From contig JARFOE010000001.1 of assembly GCA_031763465.1 (NCBI GenBank), forward strand, positions 17,975,075 through 18,012,636: a DNA stretch of 37,562 bases, in the 5' to 3' direction. The translations under genes were made by a program, and so were the position numbers. Shown here piece after piece: positions 1-11,352 of this stretch (the stretch's first letter is position 1; each line of letters starts with the position of its first letter). The notes beneath the pieces are model-generated. The model saw only the letters and a list, made by a program, of their open reading frames with translations. It searched no databases and was not told the origin of the DNA. The DNA comes from Squatina squatina. Lineage: Eukaryota.

Positions 1-273
1 CAGGGGGCAACCAGTATTTCAGCACAGAAAACTGCACAGAATGAATATGCCATGATTATAATGTTTCCAGTGATAACAGTTTAATGGAATGATGCTCTCA
101 TTTTGGAATTCAAAATATTTTTTTAAACAGGAATTTTTCCCCTATGTTGTACATTTGTAGCTGTGATACTGGATACATTCTTCAGCATCAGTTGGTACAA
201 TCCATAATTATCCTTTTCTATCCTTACTGAACCTGTGTTTTACAGGATTCTGATCAGTTTCAATAATATACCA

Positions 274-1506
274 GGGGGGAATTTGGAGCGCTAAGTTTTA
301 TATGATTGAACATTTAGCGCCCGGCGAGATGGGCTACAAAATTGTGGAAAATTGGACATTTTCGCCTCAGCAATGAAGGGAGGCAGTATCTGAGGCGCGA
401 ATGGCCTCAGTGGTGCGCTCTTGCAGTTCTATTACCAGAGCTGTACCCAAATTCAGGTGACTTTAATTCAGCAATCATCAGCCTCCTGCTCAATCCAGTT
501 TTTAAAGGGGATGTTGTTTCAGGCAGCACCTGGTCACTTTCATCATTGCTGGACTTCACTGAGAGCTGGAAGGTAGTTCTGAGATGGCTGCTCCTAACCC
601 TCTTAAGGGGCCACTTGGTTTAATGACCTGGCATTGGAGACATTGGTGGGGACAGTGGAGAGAAAGAGGGATGCACTGTTCCCCCCATCTAGGAGAAGGC
701 CAATGCGGGTAGAGGTGGCTGTGGAGGTGTCGGCCAGCACTGTGGTTGATTGGTGCCCAACTCAGTGCCGGAAGAAATTCACGACCACAGTCAGGCGGTC
801 AAGGTGAGTACATGTTTGCACAATTCTTTCATACCAGCCTCTGAGCCTCTGTCTGTGCACACTCTGCAAAACAGCACTTAACCCAACAGGCAACCACCAA
901 ACATCTGTACCTACTCACAGTCATATCCTCATTTCATGCCTTGCCTACATTCACAGCTATTCAACCACAGCTGGCATATCTTCCACATACATAGCTGGAC
1001 TCTTACTCACAGAGGCTCCTTTCTTTTGCAGGCCAAGATGGCACATAACAGAAGGGAGCAGTAGTGAACTTGGGGTGGGGATGGAAGCTGAACTGCGCCT
1101 GCTGACTGACTTGGAGGAGCGGGTGCTGCTGCTCATTGGCCCGCAGGTGGTGGGCGCTGTGGCCGGTGGAGACATCGAGCCCGCTGGGGGCAACAATTGT
1201 ATCTTTATCCCCTCTTCTCATCCCACTTCCCCGTTAAACCAGAAGGCCTTATCACTTTCCAGCTCCTCATACTGTCAGCCTTCCTTGCTCTATTCCTGTC
1301 CCCCTGCCCTCACCTTAACGTGACTCTTGTGCCTTTTATAATTGCAGATAACCATGCAGCAGATAAGCAGCCTGTCCCTGAGCCCCCACAACCCAGTCAT
1401 GAGGGAGAAGAAGAGGGGGACAAGAATGAGGAGGGTGAGGAGCCAAGCACTGCGTTACTGCTTCTCTCACCCGCAAGCACCAGCTCGGAGACTGGCACTA
1501 CGCAGT
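274..1506 (+). mobile_element. Decayed PIF/Harbinger-type DNA transposon fragment: left end plus spliced Myb/SANT-like gene
   Basis: Starts GGGGGGAATTT at 274 (terminus-like). 610-780 translates as ATWFNDLALETLVGTVERKRDALFP...EVAVEVSASTVV...TQCRKKF, typical of a Harbinger Myb/SANT domain. Truncated by the gap at 1507. Confidence 0.75.
584..1506 (+). pseudogene. Myb/SANT-like DNA-binding protein pseudogene, transposon-derived, about 3 exons
   Basis: ATG at 584 is out of frame with the domain. Donor AAG|GTGAGT at 803/804, acceptor TTCTTTTGCAG| at 1031. Exon 2 reads AKMAHNRREQ**...ELRLLTDLEERVLLLIG. A later acidic segment reads EGEEEGDKNEEGEEPSTALLLLSPASTSSETGT. Frameshifts and stops present. 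Confidence 0.7.
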
Positions 1507-2785
1507 NNNNNNNNNNNNNNNNNNNNNNNNNNNNNNNNNNNNNNNNNNNNNNNNNNNNNNNNNNNNNNNNNNNNNNNNNNNNNNNNNNNNNNNNNNNNNN
1601 NNNNNNGCTTCCCATGGGTACAATGAAAACCCCTAGCTAGCAAACAAAAAGGGCAGTGTAGATAAAGCAGCCTCTGTCTGGGTCTTTGTGATGGTGGGAT
1701 TCTTTTTACAGGTGCCTGAAAAATTCTTATTAATGATAGCTGTCATTCACCCTATAAATAATTTTGCTGCATAATATGAGGCCATAATAATATACAGTTT
1801 AATTATCCTACTAAAAAAAAGCCACTGATAAGATTTTACATTTTTTTGGAGAAAAAATGACTGAGTAAGAGGATTGAATGGAAGATAGATTATGAACAAA
1901 TGACTCTATGAGACAAAGGGGCTCTGTGTCAGAATATAAAATCACATTTTCATATAAATTCCATCCAAGGTGTTGATGTGGCAACTTGTATAACATTGTC
2001 GAAATTGTGCAATCCTGCAGGGGAACAGCCCAGCATCATTGAGGTTACAATGCCACCCTTCCTGCAGTGTGAGGCCTAATGTTAAGGTTGTGGCACCAAG
2101 CAGGAAATGTAGCAGTTGAATATCAGTGCACTGGGAAATGTCGCAGGAAACTGAATGTAATGAAAGTCGATGGCAGAAATAAATAATATATGTCAGTGCT
2201 GGACCCCCATCCCAAAAAAATAAATCACTTTGTTGGACATATCAATCTTTTAAGTGAAAATGTTTTTGTAATCTGTTATAGATTGTTACTCTACTTTCAT
2301 TTGTCTGTTGTGCCAACTCAAAAACCTGGACAGTTTGTTATCCTGTCAATGTTTTGGATAAACAAAAAGAAAAGATGAGATACTTTGCTAACTCTAACCA
2401 TTATGGAGCCTCCAATCTCCACCTAATTGGTCTCAGAAGAACTAAAAGAAGGTTGTCCCCTCAATCTTCATAATAGGTGGTTCCTGGCTACAGATTCCTC
2501 TATCAAGTGCAATTCGAAGAAATAGTGACCTCTGTGCAATCTTTCATCTATATCTTGGTACAAGAACCCATGGACGTGAGAAGTCAGTGATTTAGTTCCA
2601 TCTTCAGTCAAGTAACTAATTCTGTCACCTTTGTGAACTTAGCAAATGATCCTCATTGAATCCTCAATCAAGTCATCTGTGATCTTTTGGATTAAAATGA
2701 TATTTGTATATCAGACAGCAATGATGTATTCCCTCCAACATGGAGAAAAGAAGTCAGTAAAGAGAGACAAATATAAAAGTGACTA

Positions 2786-3202
2786 CATAGAACCATAGGA
2801 AAGATACAGCACAGAAGGGGGCCATTCGGCCCATCGTGTCCGCGCCAACTCGAAGAACAACGAGGTGCCCATTCTAGTCCCACCTTCCAACACCCGGTCG
2901 ATAGCCCTGCATCTTACAGAAACTTTAGGTGCAGGTCCAGGTACCTTTTAAAAGAGTTGAGGGTCTCTGCCTCCACCATCAATTCGGGCAGCGAATTCCA
3001 GACACCCACCACCCTGTGGGTAAAAAAGTTTTTCCTCATTTCCCCTCTAATCCTTCCACCAATCAGCTTAAATCTATGTCCTCTGGTTCTTGACCTCTCC
3101 GCTTGGGGAAACAGGTTCTTCCTGTTTACTCTATCTAGGCCCCTCATAATTTTGTACACCTCAATCAAGTCACCCCTTAGCCTCCTCTGTTCCAAGGAAA
3201 AC
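2786..3202 (-). mobile_element. CR1-clade LINE 3' end (ORF2 C-terminus and 3' UTR)
   Basis: ORF 2914-3195(-) EQRRLRGDLIEVYKIMRGLDRV...RTRGHRFKL...KNFFTHRVVGVWNSLP...FKRYLD is the canonical CR1 ORF2 tail, followed by a CR1-type 3' UTR. Frame uninterrupted up to the gap. Confidence 0.92.
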
Positions 3203-3302
3203 NNNNNNNNNNNNNNNNNNNNNNNNNNNNNNNNNNNNNNNNNNNNNNNNNNNNNNNNNNNNNNNNNNNNNNNNNNNNNNNNNNNNNNNNNNNNNNNNNN
3301 NN

Positions 3303-3505
3303 TACCTTTTAATTATCCCTTAATGTTGTTAATTGGCTGGCCTGTCGCTTGGTGTCGGGTCTGTGAACTGCAGCCAGTCCTGGCACTTTGGAAACTGACA
3401 AGGAGATGGGTTCAGAGCAGGATCCCGCCCCGTTGTCATTCATGGGCACTTTGACAGCAAGCCCGCTTCCAAACCCGCACACGCAGGGCTGAGAAGATTC
3501 TGGCT
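3303..3505. mobile_element. GC-rich non-autonomous DNA-transposon end, Harbinger-like
   Basis: CpG-rich segment ending AAGATTCTGGC, resembling the AATT...GGCC termini seen elsewhere in the window. Confidence 0.4.
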
Positions 3506-3528
3506 GTAGTGTTAGATTGGATTTTTTA

Positions 3529-3822
3529 ATGTTATAATTATCATATTCTTGCCAGTTGCAATGTAACTTTGATAGTTACCATGTTCAAAAGCTTAGATTA
3601 CAAGGGAAATGCTACTTGTGGGTTCATACCTATTTCAATCAAAATTGATCTAGAGCTCATCAAAGTGTTCTCGCCTTCAAAAGCATGGAACAAGGCATTA
3701 ATATTCAGAGGCGAAGTTGCTCCCTTCAATGTGAGACTTCTATCAAGTTAATCAGAAATGTTGTTAAAACTCAGCCTGTAGAGTCGATCCACATCTGCTC
3801 TTAATAAAGAAACAGGATGTGT
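3529..3822 (+). repeat. ~300-bp dispersed direct repeat, copy 1
   Basis: Aligns collinearly with 4986-5313 (e.g. TTCTTGCCAGTTGCAAT, AATCAAAATTGATCT, CACATCTGCTCTTAATAAAGAAACAGGATGTGT). Ends at a gap. Confidence 0.92.
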
Positions 3823-4304
3823 NNNNNNNNNNNNNNNNNNNNNNNNNNNNNNNNNNNNNNNNNNNNNNNNNNNNNNNNNNNNNNNNNNNNNNNNNNNNNN
3901 NNNNNNNNNNNNNNNNNNNNNNCAGAAAGAGACGGGAAATTTAACTTGATTCGATCTCTTTCCCCTGAACCCACCCCCAAAAGAAAATCCCTTACCATCA
4001 TGGGGATGACATCTCAACAATACTTGATTAGCTTAACGTGGTATAAATGCACAGTGATTTGCATTATGTTAGTGGACATTCTCATTTTAAGTACACTGAA
4101 AACTGCTGAGTAATGAACACAAATTTACTTGACCATCACATGCACATAGTAAAGTACAGTATAATTTCATTTTTCCCTTAAATAATGGTGTATTTAATGT
4201 AAGAAATCAAGACTACATTGCTTTAATCAATAAAAATCAACTGACAGTTTTGCAATCAGTATCGCAGCATGATGAAATACATGCATGAAATACAGAGCTT
4301 TAAG

Positions 4305-4398
4305 TAAGAACTTTCTTTTAAATAGCACCTTTATTGTGGAAGAACAACCCAAGTGCTTTACAGAGGTGTAATAAAAAAAATGGATGTAGTGCCAAAGA
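4305..4398 (-). mobile_element. Degraded L2-type 3' tail fragment
   Basis: AAATAGCACCTTT...CCCAAGTGCTTTACAG resembles the L2 tail at 27514-27733. Confidence 0.4.
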
Positions 4399-4985
4399 AT
4401 TCACAATATGCATTCCCGGTAATGCTCCATGCTGAGAGCATGAATTCATAAGATCTACCCTTATGTGTTTTCAGCACCCTGAACAAGAACCCAGTAATTA
4501 TCTGTACAAATTTACCCTGTAAAGCAACAACACTACTCGCTAAACTTCATGTAACAACATATGGTGACTTGAGTCTACAATTTTTTGTTGATTTCTGCTT
4601 CTCGGAATTCAATTACGACTCAACATCCATTTGCTCAAAGTCTAACTAAAATTGCAGCAGATCTGATGTATATATGTTTCAGAAAAGAACCACAATTAAC
4701 TGTTAATGGCATGATTCAAAATGCACGTGCAGTCAGCCAACAAGACGCAGGAGCAGTGACCTACAAGTGAGCAACCTAATTACTGTTGAGGTCAGGTCAA
4801 CAACTTAAGATACTGGAATACAAATTCTAGTGTTGCAGTGCAGAGAGCCTTTGATATATGGATCGGTGTGCTAATCAGTAATGAAAATCAATAATGCCTT
4901 GGAATTTAAAAATTATACTATTCCATCAAGGGAATATTTTGAAACTTCTTATTTATGCACCAGTCAAATAAACAGGCAATGTTTT

Positions 4986-5313
4986 ATGTTATAATTACCA
5001 CATTCTTGCCAGTTGCAATATAATTGTTATGGTTACCATGTTCAAATGCTTGGATTAGTCATAAATGTGCTGCTGGGGTGTCTACACTTACAAGTAAAAT
5101 GCTACTTGAGGGCTCATACCGATTTAAATCAAAATTGATCTCGAGCTCATCAAAAGTGTTCTTTTTTTCAAAAGCATGAAAAAAGGACATTAATATTCAG
5201 AGGCGCAGTTGCTCCCTTCAGTGCGAGACTTCTACCAAGTTAATCAGAAATGCTGTTAAAACTCAGTCTGTAGAGCCGATTCACATCTGCTCTTAATAAA
5301 GAAACAGGATGTG
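4986..5313 (+). repeat. ~330-bp dispersed direct repeat, copy 2, followed by short (GT)n
   Basis: Matches 3529-3822 with scattered substitutions and an extra ~33-bp block (GTCATAAATG...CTACACTTA). Confidence 0.92.
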
Positions 5314-5377
5314 TGTGTGTGCTCACAGTGGGGAAGAGAACAACCTATTAAGTATTAGACTGACCACTTCCTGTTTA

Positions 5378-6444
5378 AATGGGAAATGTTGACAGCACAG
5401 TATACAATGAGAAATGTTGACAGCAGTCTACAATGAAAAATATTGACACAGCAGTATTAAATGAGAAATGTTGACAGCAGTATACAATTGGAAATGTTGA
5501 CACAGCAGTGTACAATGGGAAATGTTGACACAGCAGTGTACACTGTAGAATGTTTGCACAGCAGTATACAATGGGAAATATTGACACAGCAGTGTACACT
5601 GTAGAATGTTGACACAGCAGTATACAATGGCAAATGTTGACACAGCAGTGCACAATGGGAAATGTTGACACATCAGTATACACTGTAGAATGTTGACACA
5701 GCAGTGTACAATGAGGAATGTTGATACAGCAGTGCACAATGGGAAATGTTGTCACAGCAGCTAACAATGGGAAATAATGACAGCAGTAGACAATGGGAAA
5801 TGTTGACACAGCAGTGTACAATGTGGAATCTCGTCACAGCTGTGTACAATGGGAGATTTTCACCCCACAGTGTACAATGTGGAATGTTGACACAGCAGTA
5901 AACAATGTGGAATGTTGACACAGCAGTGTGCAATGGGAAATTTTGACACAGCAGTGTACAATCAGAAATGTTGACAGAGCAGTGTACAATGAGAAATGTT
6001 GACAGAGCAGTGTACAATGGGAAAGGATGACACAGCAGTATTAACTGAGAGATGTTAACACAGCAGTATTCAATGAGAAATGTTGACACAGCAGTGTACA
6101 ATGTGGAATTTTGACACAGCAGTAAAGAATGTGGAATGTTGACACAGCAGTGTACAATGGGAAAGGTTGACGCAGCAGTGTACAATGGGAAAGGTTGACA
6201 CAGCAGTGTACAATGAGAAATGTTGACAGAGCAGTGTACAATGGGAAAGGTTGACACAGCAGTGTACAATGGGAAATTTTGAGACAGAAGTGTACAATCA
6301 GAAATGTTGATGCAGCAGTGTAAAATGAGGAATGTTGACACAGTGGTGCTCAATGAGAAATGTTGACAGCAGTATACAATGAGAGATGTTAACACAGCAG
6401 TATGCAATGAGAAATGTTGACACAGCAGTGTACAATGTGGAATC
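5378..6444. repeat. Minisatellite, 28-bp unit CAATGGGAAATGTTGACACAGCAGTGTA, about 38 copies, runs into a gap
   Basis: Consecutive units start at 5513 and 5541 (period 28). 26-bp variants lack one AC. Head-to-tail with no unique spacers. Confidence 0.97.
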
Positions 6445-7099
6445 NNNNNNNNNNNNNNNNNNNNNNNNNNNNNNNNNNNNNNNNNNNNNNNNNNNNNNNN
6501 NNNNNNNNNNNNNNNNNNNNNNNNNNNNNNNNNNNNNNNNNNNNTGCGCCATTGACAGCGCGTAAAGCCAGGAGAAAGTAGCGGTCAGCTATAAACTATA
6601 CAGTAAACAGCTGCTGATATAACAGGTAACTGTGGAGAGCTCAGACTACGTAATTGGAGTGAAAACTGCTTCCACTGCGATGCATCAAATCTCCCACCAG
6701 CAGTAAATACTTTTAAAATAAACAATACTGTACTACAGTTATAATAATCTCAGGGAAAAAAATCAAAACTGCATTTCCTTAAATTTTATATATTGGGTTT
6801 CCGAATTTAGGAACTGATAAAATAATATGCAAAGTTTTGAAGTCTGTTTTAAAAAGCCAAATATTAAGGAAGATGTAACACTATATTTTCACCAAGAGTT
6901 CTTCAAAAATCTGCTATTGTTAAAAATGTAATTGAACTCTCATCTGCACGAATTACACCAGTAAGCTCGTGACCAAGAGGTTCATGTTTCCCTTTTAAAA
7001 AAATTATTTCAATTGATTTCTCATGTAATGGTTTAACAACATCTATACTACAGTCTTTATGTGATGTTTCCAGGAGTCTCTCCAGATCAGAGCCTGTGC

Positions 7100-7674
7100 T
7101 TTAAGAACCACTCACCAAGGAATGTGATATGCAGGCTAGTGCACTGTCACTGTTAGCTGCAAGACAGTGCATCTCATCCCCCTCCCGCTCCAGCACCATG
7201 GTCGAGCACAAACCTCCACCCAGCAAACATCTGGGTGAAACATCTATGGCAACCAGCGAAGTTGGGAGTACCAGGCAGTCTAGTACTGTTTGCGGGCCCC
7301 ACACAAGACCCAGACAAATGTCTGAGAAAGTAAGAGGGGAGCCGTAGACAAACAAATGCCTCCTAATATACCACTCTAACCATACAAGGACCATCAGCGG
7401 ACTCGATACCTCCTGACCCAACAAAACCCAGGAGCCGTCACCAAATTATCCCAAACAGCACATTACCCGAGAACACTGCACCGATCCTTTAGAAGCAACC
7501 TTAGGCCTCCAGCTGATGTCACCGCCAGAAAGAGTGCATTGCAAAAGAGATTCTGCGCTCTGCTTATTTAAATCAGCAGGCAGTACCAAAATACTGGTGC
7601 AGCCTGCACTCTTTTTGCAGGCGGCTATGAACCTTGGCACTGACCATTTCTGGGCCAAATCAAATTTCTAGGCC
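7100..7674. mobile_element. Probable Harbinger-like element fragment with right terminus
   Basis: GC-elevated, low-complexity Ser/Pro/Arg coding-like segment with stops. Ends AAATTTCTAGGCC at ~7673; the same end motif occurs at ~23740. Confidence 0.4.
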
Positions 7675-9372
7675 TATGTCTAATATGTTACAAACAAGAA
7701 TATGTTATAAATCTAAATAGATATATAGAAATTTCATGAGTTAACAATGAATTAAGGTATTGGATGGTGTTGTATTGTAAAACCAGTGTTCTGTTAGGCC
7801 AAAATAAATGACCTAGATTCATTATTACATCACCCACCCTACAAAAATATAGCAGCTTTGAAATTGATCTTCAAAAGAGGCTTGCAATTCACATGACTTC
7901 AATTCAGGCAATTTAGTTGTTAACTGATCCAATTAGGCATATAACAGCTTGATTCAAAGCCCACGAGAAGTGACTAATACAAATATGNNNNNNNNNNNNN
8001 NNNNNNNNNNNNNNNNNNNNNNNNNNNNNNNNNNNNNNNNNNNNNNNNNNNNNNNNNNNNNNNNNNNNNNNNNNNNNNNNNNNNNNNTCTTTGCTCCCCA
8101 TTATAAATTACCTCTTTTTTTGACTGTAAGCTCTACAGAAAGGTTTCAGATATATATTGGAGGTCTTTTGCTTTATTGGCTCTATACTTTCTTTTCAGCT
8201 CGATATAGCTTGGACACAGCTGCTAATTTTATCCTCTGCTCCCTGAACATGCAAGGATAATTAACCATCTCTATGAGCTGTGATTTGACATCTGCTGGTT
8301 TGGAGTAAACTTTCTCTGATTTATTGAGCCAGCTTTCTACAAAGAAAACTAAATTTATGACTTAAGGGGATATTATTTCTCCAATTTGCTTACCATGCGA
8401 CTCATTTTAATTCTGTGTTTTGAACTTGTAGCCTGTTATAAGTAATGCATTGGGGATGAAAAGCTCTCTGGGATAAAACACTAAACTGTCCAAAGGTAGC
8501 CTGATCAACCCATTGGTGGAATTGTGTTTCATCTCTGATAGCTTCATGCTTCATTTAATCCTACTTAATTTTCACGTGAAAACACTGGCGCAAATTTTTC
8601 TCCCTGCTGACTTCCTGACCTTCAGGATTTGAAAGGTACAGGTAAGTAATCATGTTGGAAACAAAGGGGGAGAAAAATATTTCGCTTTGATCTATGGTTC
8701 TGAATACGAAGCAAATCCTGGGAATTTCAATTTCCGTCATCACCTGACATTGAGCAATTGGTAATTAAATCAGAAAATGCTGGATGTGCACAATCGCATC
8801 TGCAAGATAGGTAAAGTGTTTTGTTTGGGAAGTTTCATCACAACTGGCACAGTCAAGAGAAGCCCCTTTATAAGATTAACCGAAACAAGGTGAGGTGGGG
8901 GAAGAACAGATATGCTAAGTATGAAGCTGAAGTTCTGCCCCTGGTATAATTAAGATTTTTGTACTGTACTGCTGCCACAAACCGCACCAATGAGGCAGTG
9001 CACTACCGACTCAGGAACGTCTGCTGCAAGCACATCGGAATAATTTTGCCTGGCTGCAAATGTCACNNNNNNNNNNNNNNNNNNNNNNNNNNNNNNNNNN
9101 NNNNNNNNNNNNNNNNNNNNNNNNNNNNNNNNNNNNNNNNNNNNNNNNNNNNNNNNNNNNNNNNNNNNNNNNNNNNNNNNNNNNNNNNNNNNNNNNNNNN
9201 NNNNNNNNNNNNNNNNNNNNNNNNNNNNNNNNNNNNNNNNNNNNNNNNNNNNNNNNNNNNNNNNNNNNNNNNNNNNNNNNNNNNNNNNNNNNNNNNNNNN
9301 NNNNNNNNNNNNNNNNNNNNNNNNNNNNNNNNNNNNNNNNNNNNNNNNNNNNNNNNNNNNNNNNNNNNNNNN

Positions 9373-9655
9373 GCTGGATCTCCTGCGCTCTTTCATCCCA
9401 CCATCTATTCTTTAGGCCCCAGGTTTTATGTTGGAACTCGGCCTTCGTTTGTCTGCAGATCTGTTTTCTTTTCCTCGAGCTTTGCTGGTGCTTCTAGTTC
9501 AGGAATGCCTTGCATTTGTGGTTTAGCAGCTCCTGCATATCCTGGTCATTCTCGTCATACCAGTCTTGATGTTCCCTGGTAGAGAAATCAAGAGTCTCCT
9601 CGCAGGTGCTGGTGATCGTAGACTTGAGGGTGGACCACACACTGGACACTCTGTG
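9373..9655 (-). mobile_element. RTE-clade LINE ORF fragment (between endonuclease and RT)
   Basis: WSTLKSTITSTCEETLDFSTREHQDWYDENDQDMQELLNHKCKAF matches the RTE HQDWFDEND motif. WWDERAQEIQ-like segment next to the gap. Confidence 0.85.
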
Positions 9656-10377
9656 GCTCTGATTTGTTGAGCATGGCCAGGTTTGTTGTGAGGTATTGAC
9701 TGAATGCAGACACATACAATTACAGAGCATGTTAAGCTGAATAGGCAGATATATCATGGGCCTTACCTTGATATGCACTTGAGTGCAGGAACTCTTTTAA
9801 ATTAAAGAAAACATAAAGATTTTCCATAAAGATTGTATATTTTCTGATTTATTCTTTAGAACATATAATGGAAAAATCACCATAAAGTAGAATTTAAAAG
9901 CTGGAATTATACGGAGTTTAGGCACATTACATTCAATAAATTTGCAATTTTTCACTGTCAACTTTTTGTTTCCATTCATTTCAATGAGATGAACTGCAGC
10001 TCAAACAAATGCACATATTGAACAAGTTCCTATATATTAAAAAATGATGCCAAGTTTTGACATTTCGTAATGAATTGCCACTGTGAATGAACAGACTTTG
10101 AAATACAGTCCTGTAAGTCCCTGTAATAAAATCACTGAGAATATGAGAATCATATGAGAAAATAAAATGAAAACTCAAGAAAATCTATTTTAGATATACC
10201 GGGGGAAAATATTGTGACATTATTAAAAGGGTTGATTTCCCAATCAGGCACTCCTGTCGAGAAGTCGCACTTCCAGGNNNNNNNNNNNNNNNNNNNNNNN
10301 NNNNNNNNNNNNNNNNNNNNNNNNNNNNNNNNNNNNNNNNNNNNNNNNNNNNNNNNNNNNNNNNNNNNNNNNNNNNN

Positions 10378-10769
10378 ATCGACCGCCACACAATATAATC
10401 GGCAGATATTTAAAGATGGCAGCTGCCAGTGCAGGACAAGTGCTTTTAACGGTCCTTGGCAACAACAGGGTAAACCTGCCGTTGCCAACACCAGTGGCGC
10501 CACGGAGCAGCCAGCCTCCTATTCCAGAGGTCACATCCCCGCAGCGCACAGGGGTTGCGGACGGACGCAGAGGGGTCAGTGCGCGATGTTTTGATGCCGC
10601 GCATCCGATGCCGGCACCCACGCCGTCCACGGCAATGAGGCCTATACGCCTCCGGGGCGCCAGGACAAATACTGCATTTTATCATTTTTTCACTCTTTGC
10701 TGATTTCACGTCTGGGTAGCACCGTTAATCGGCACTGGCTGGTCGTGAAGGCACACCAATTGGGCCCCC
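10378..10769. mobile_element. CpG-rich non-autonomous DNA-transposon fragment, Harbinger-like right end
   Basis: High GC and CpG, no credible ORF, ends AATTGGGCCCC directly before a CR1. Confidence 0.55.
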
Positions 10770-11352
10770 ATAAAGTACAAAAGCAAGGAAGTTATGATGA
10801 AACTTTATAAAACATTGGTTCGGCTTCAACTGGAGTATTGTGTCCTGTCACTTTAGTAAGGATGTGCAGGCCTTAGAAATGGTGCAGAAAAGATTTACAA
10901 TGATGGTTCCAGTGATGAGGGACTTCAGTTACATGGATAGACTGGAGAAGCTGTTCTCTGTAGAGCAGAGAAGGTTGAGAGGAGATTTGATAGAGGTGTT
11001 CAATACCATGAGGGGTCTGGACAGAGTAGCTAGAGGGAAACTGTTCCCATTGGCTGAAGGGTTGAGAACCAGAGGACACGGATTTAAGGTGATTAACAGA
11101 TGAACCAATGACAACATGAGGAAAAAACTTTTCACGCAGCGTATGGTTAGGATCTGGAATGCACTGCCTGAGGCAGATTCATTTGTGGCTTTCACAAGGG
11201 AATTGGATAAGTGCCTGAAGGAAAAGATTTGCAGGGCTGTGGGGAAAGGACGGCAGAATGGAAGTAGCTGAAATGGGACTGCAGAGAGCCGGCACAGACT
11301 TGACGGGCTGAATTGCCACCTACGGTACTGTAACCATTCTATTATTCCATGA
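10770..11352 (+). mobile_element. CR1-clade LINE 3' fragment
   Basis: YKSKEVMMKLYKTLVR..LEYC; KDVQALEMVQKRFT...EQRRLRGDLIEVF...RTRGHGFKV; 3' UTR ends ACCATTCTATTATTCCATGA. Same subfamily as 32668-33476. Confidence 0.92.

Noticed and set aside
5324-5362. V(D)J recombination signal (CACAGTG heptamer)
   Set aside because: No ACAAAAACC-like nonamer at 12- or 23-bp spacing and no adjacent V, D or J coding segment.
5378-6444. CRISPR array or Cys-rich repeat protein
   Set aside because: Units are head-to-tail with no unique spacers and no cas genes. The ORFs are the same repeat read in rotating frames.
10378-10769. Second bacterial fragment suggested by high GC and overlapping ORFs
   Set aside because: No recognisable protein, and it ends in the same terminus motif as other host DNA-transposon relics.
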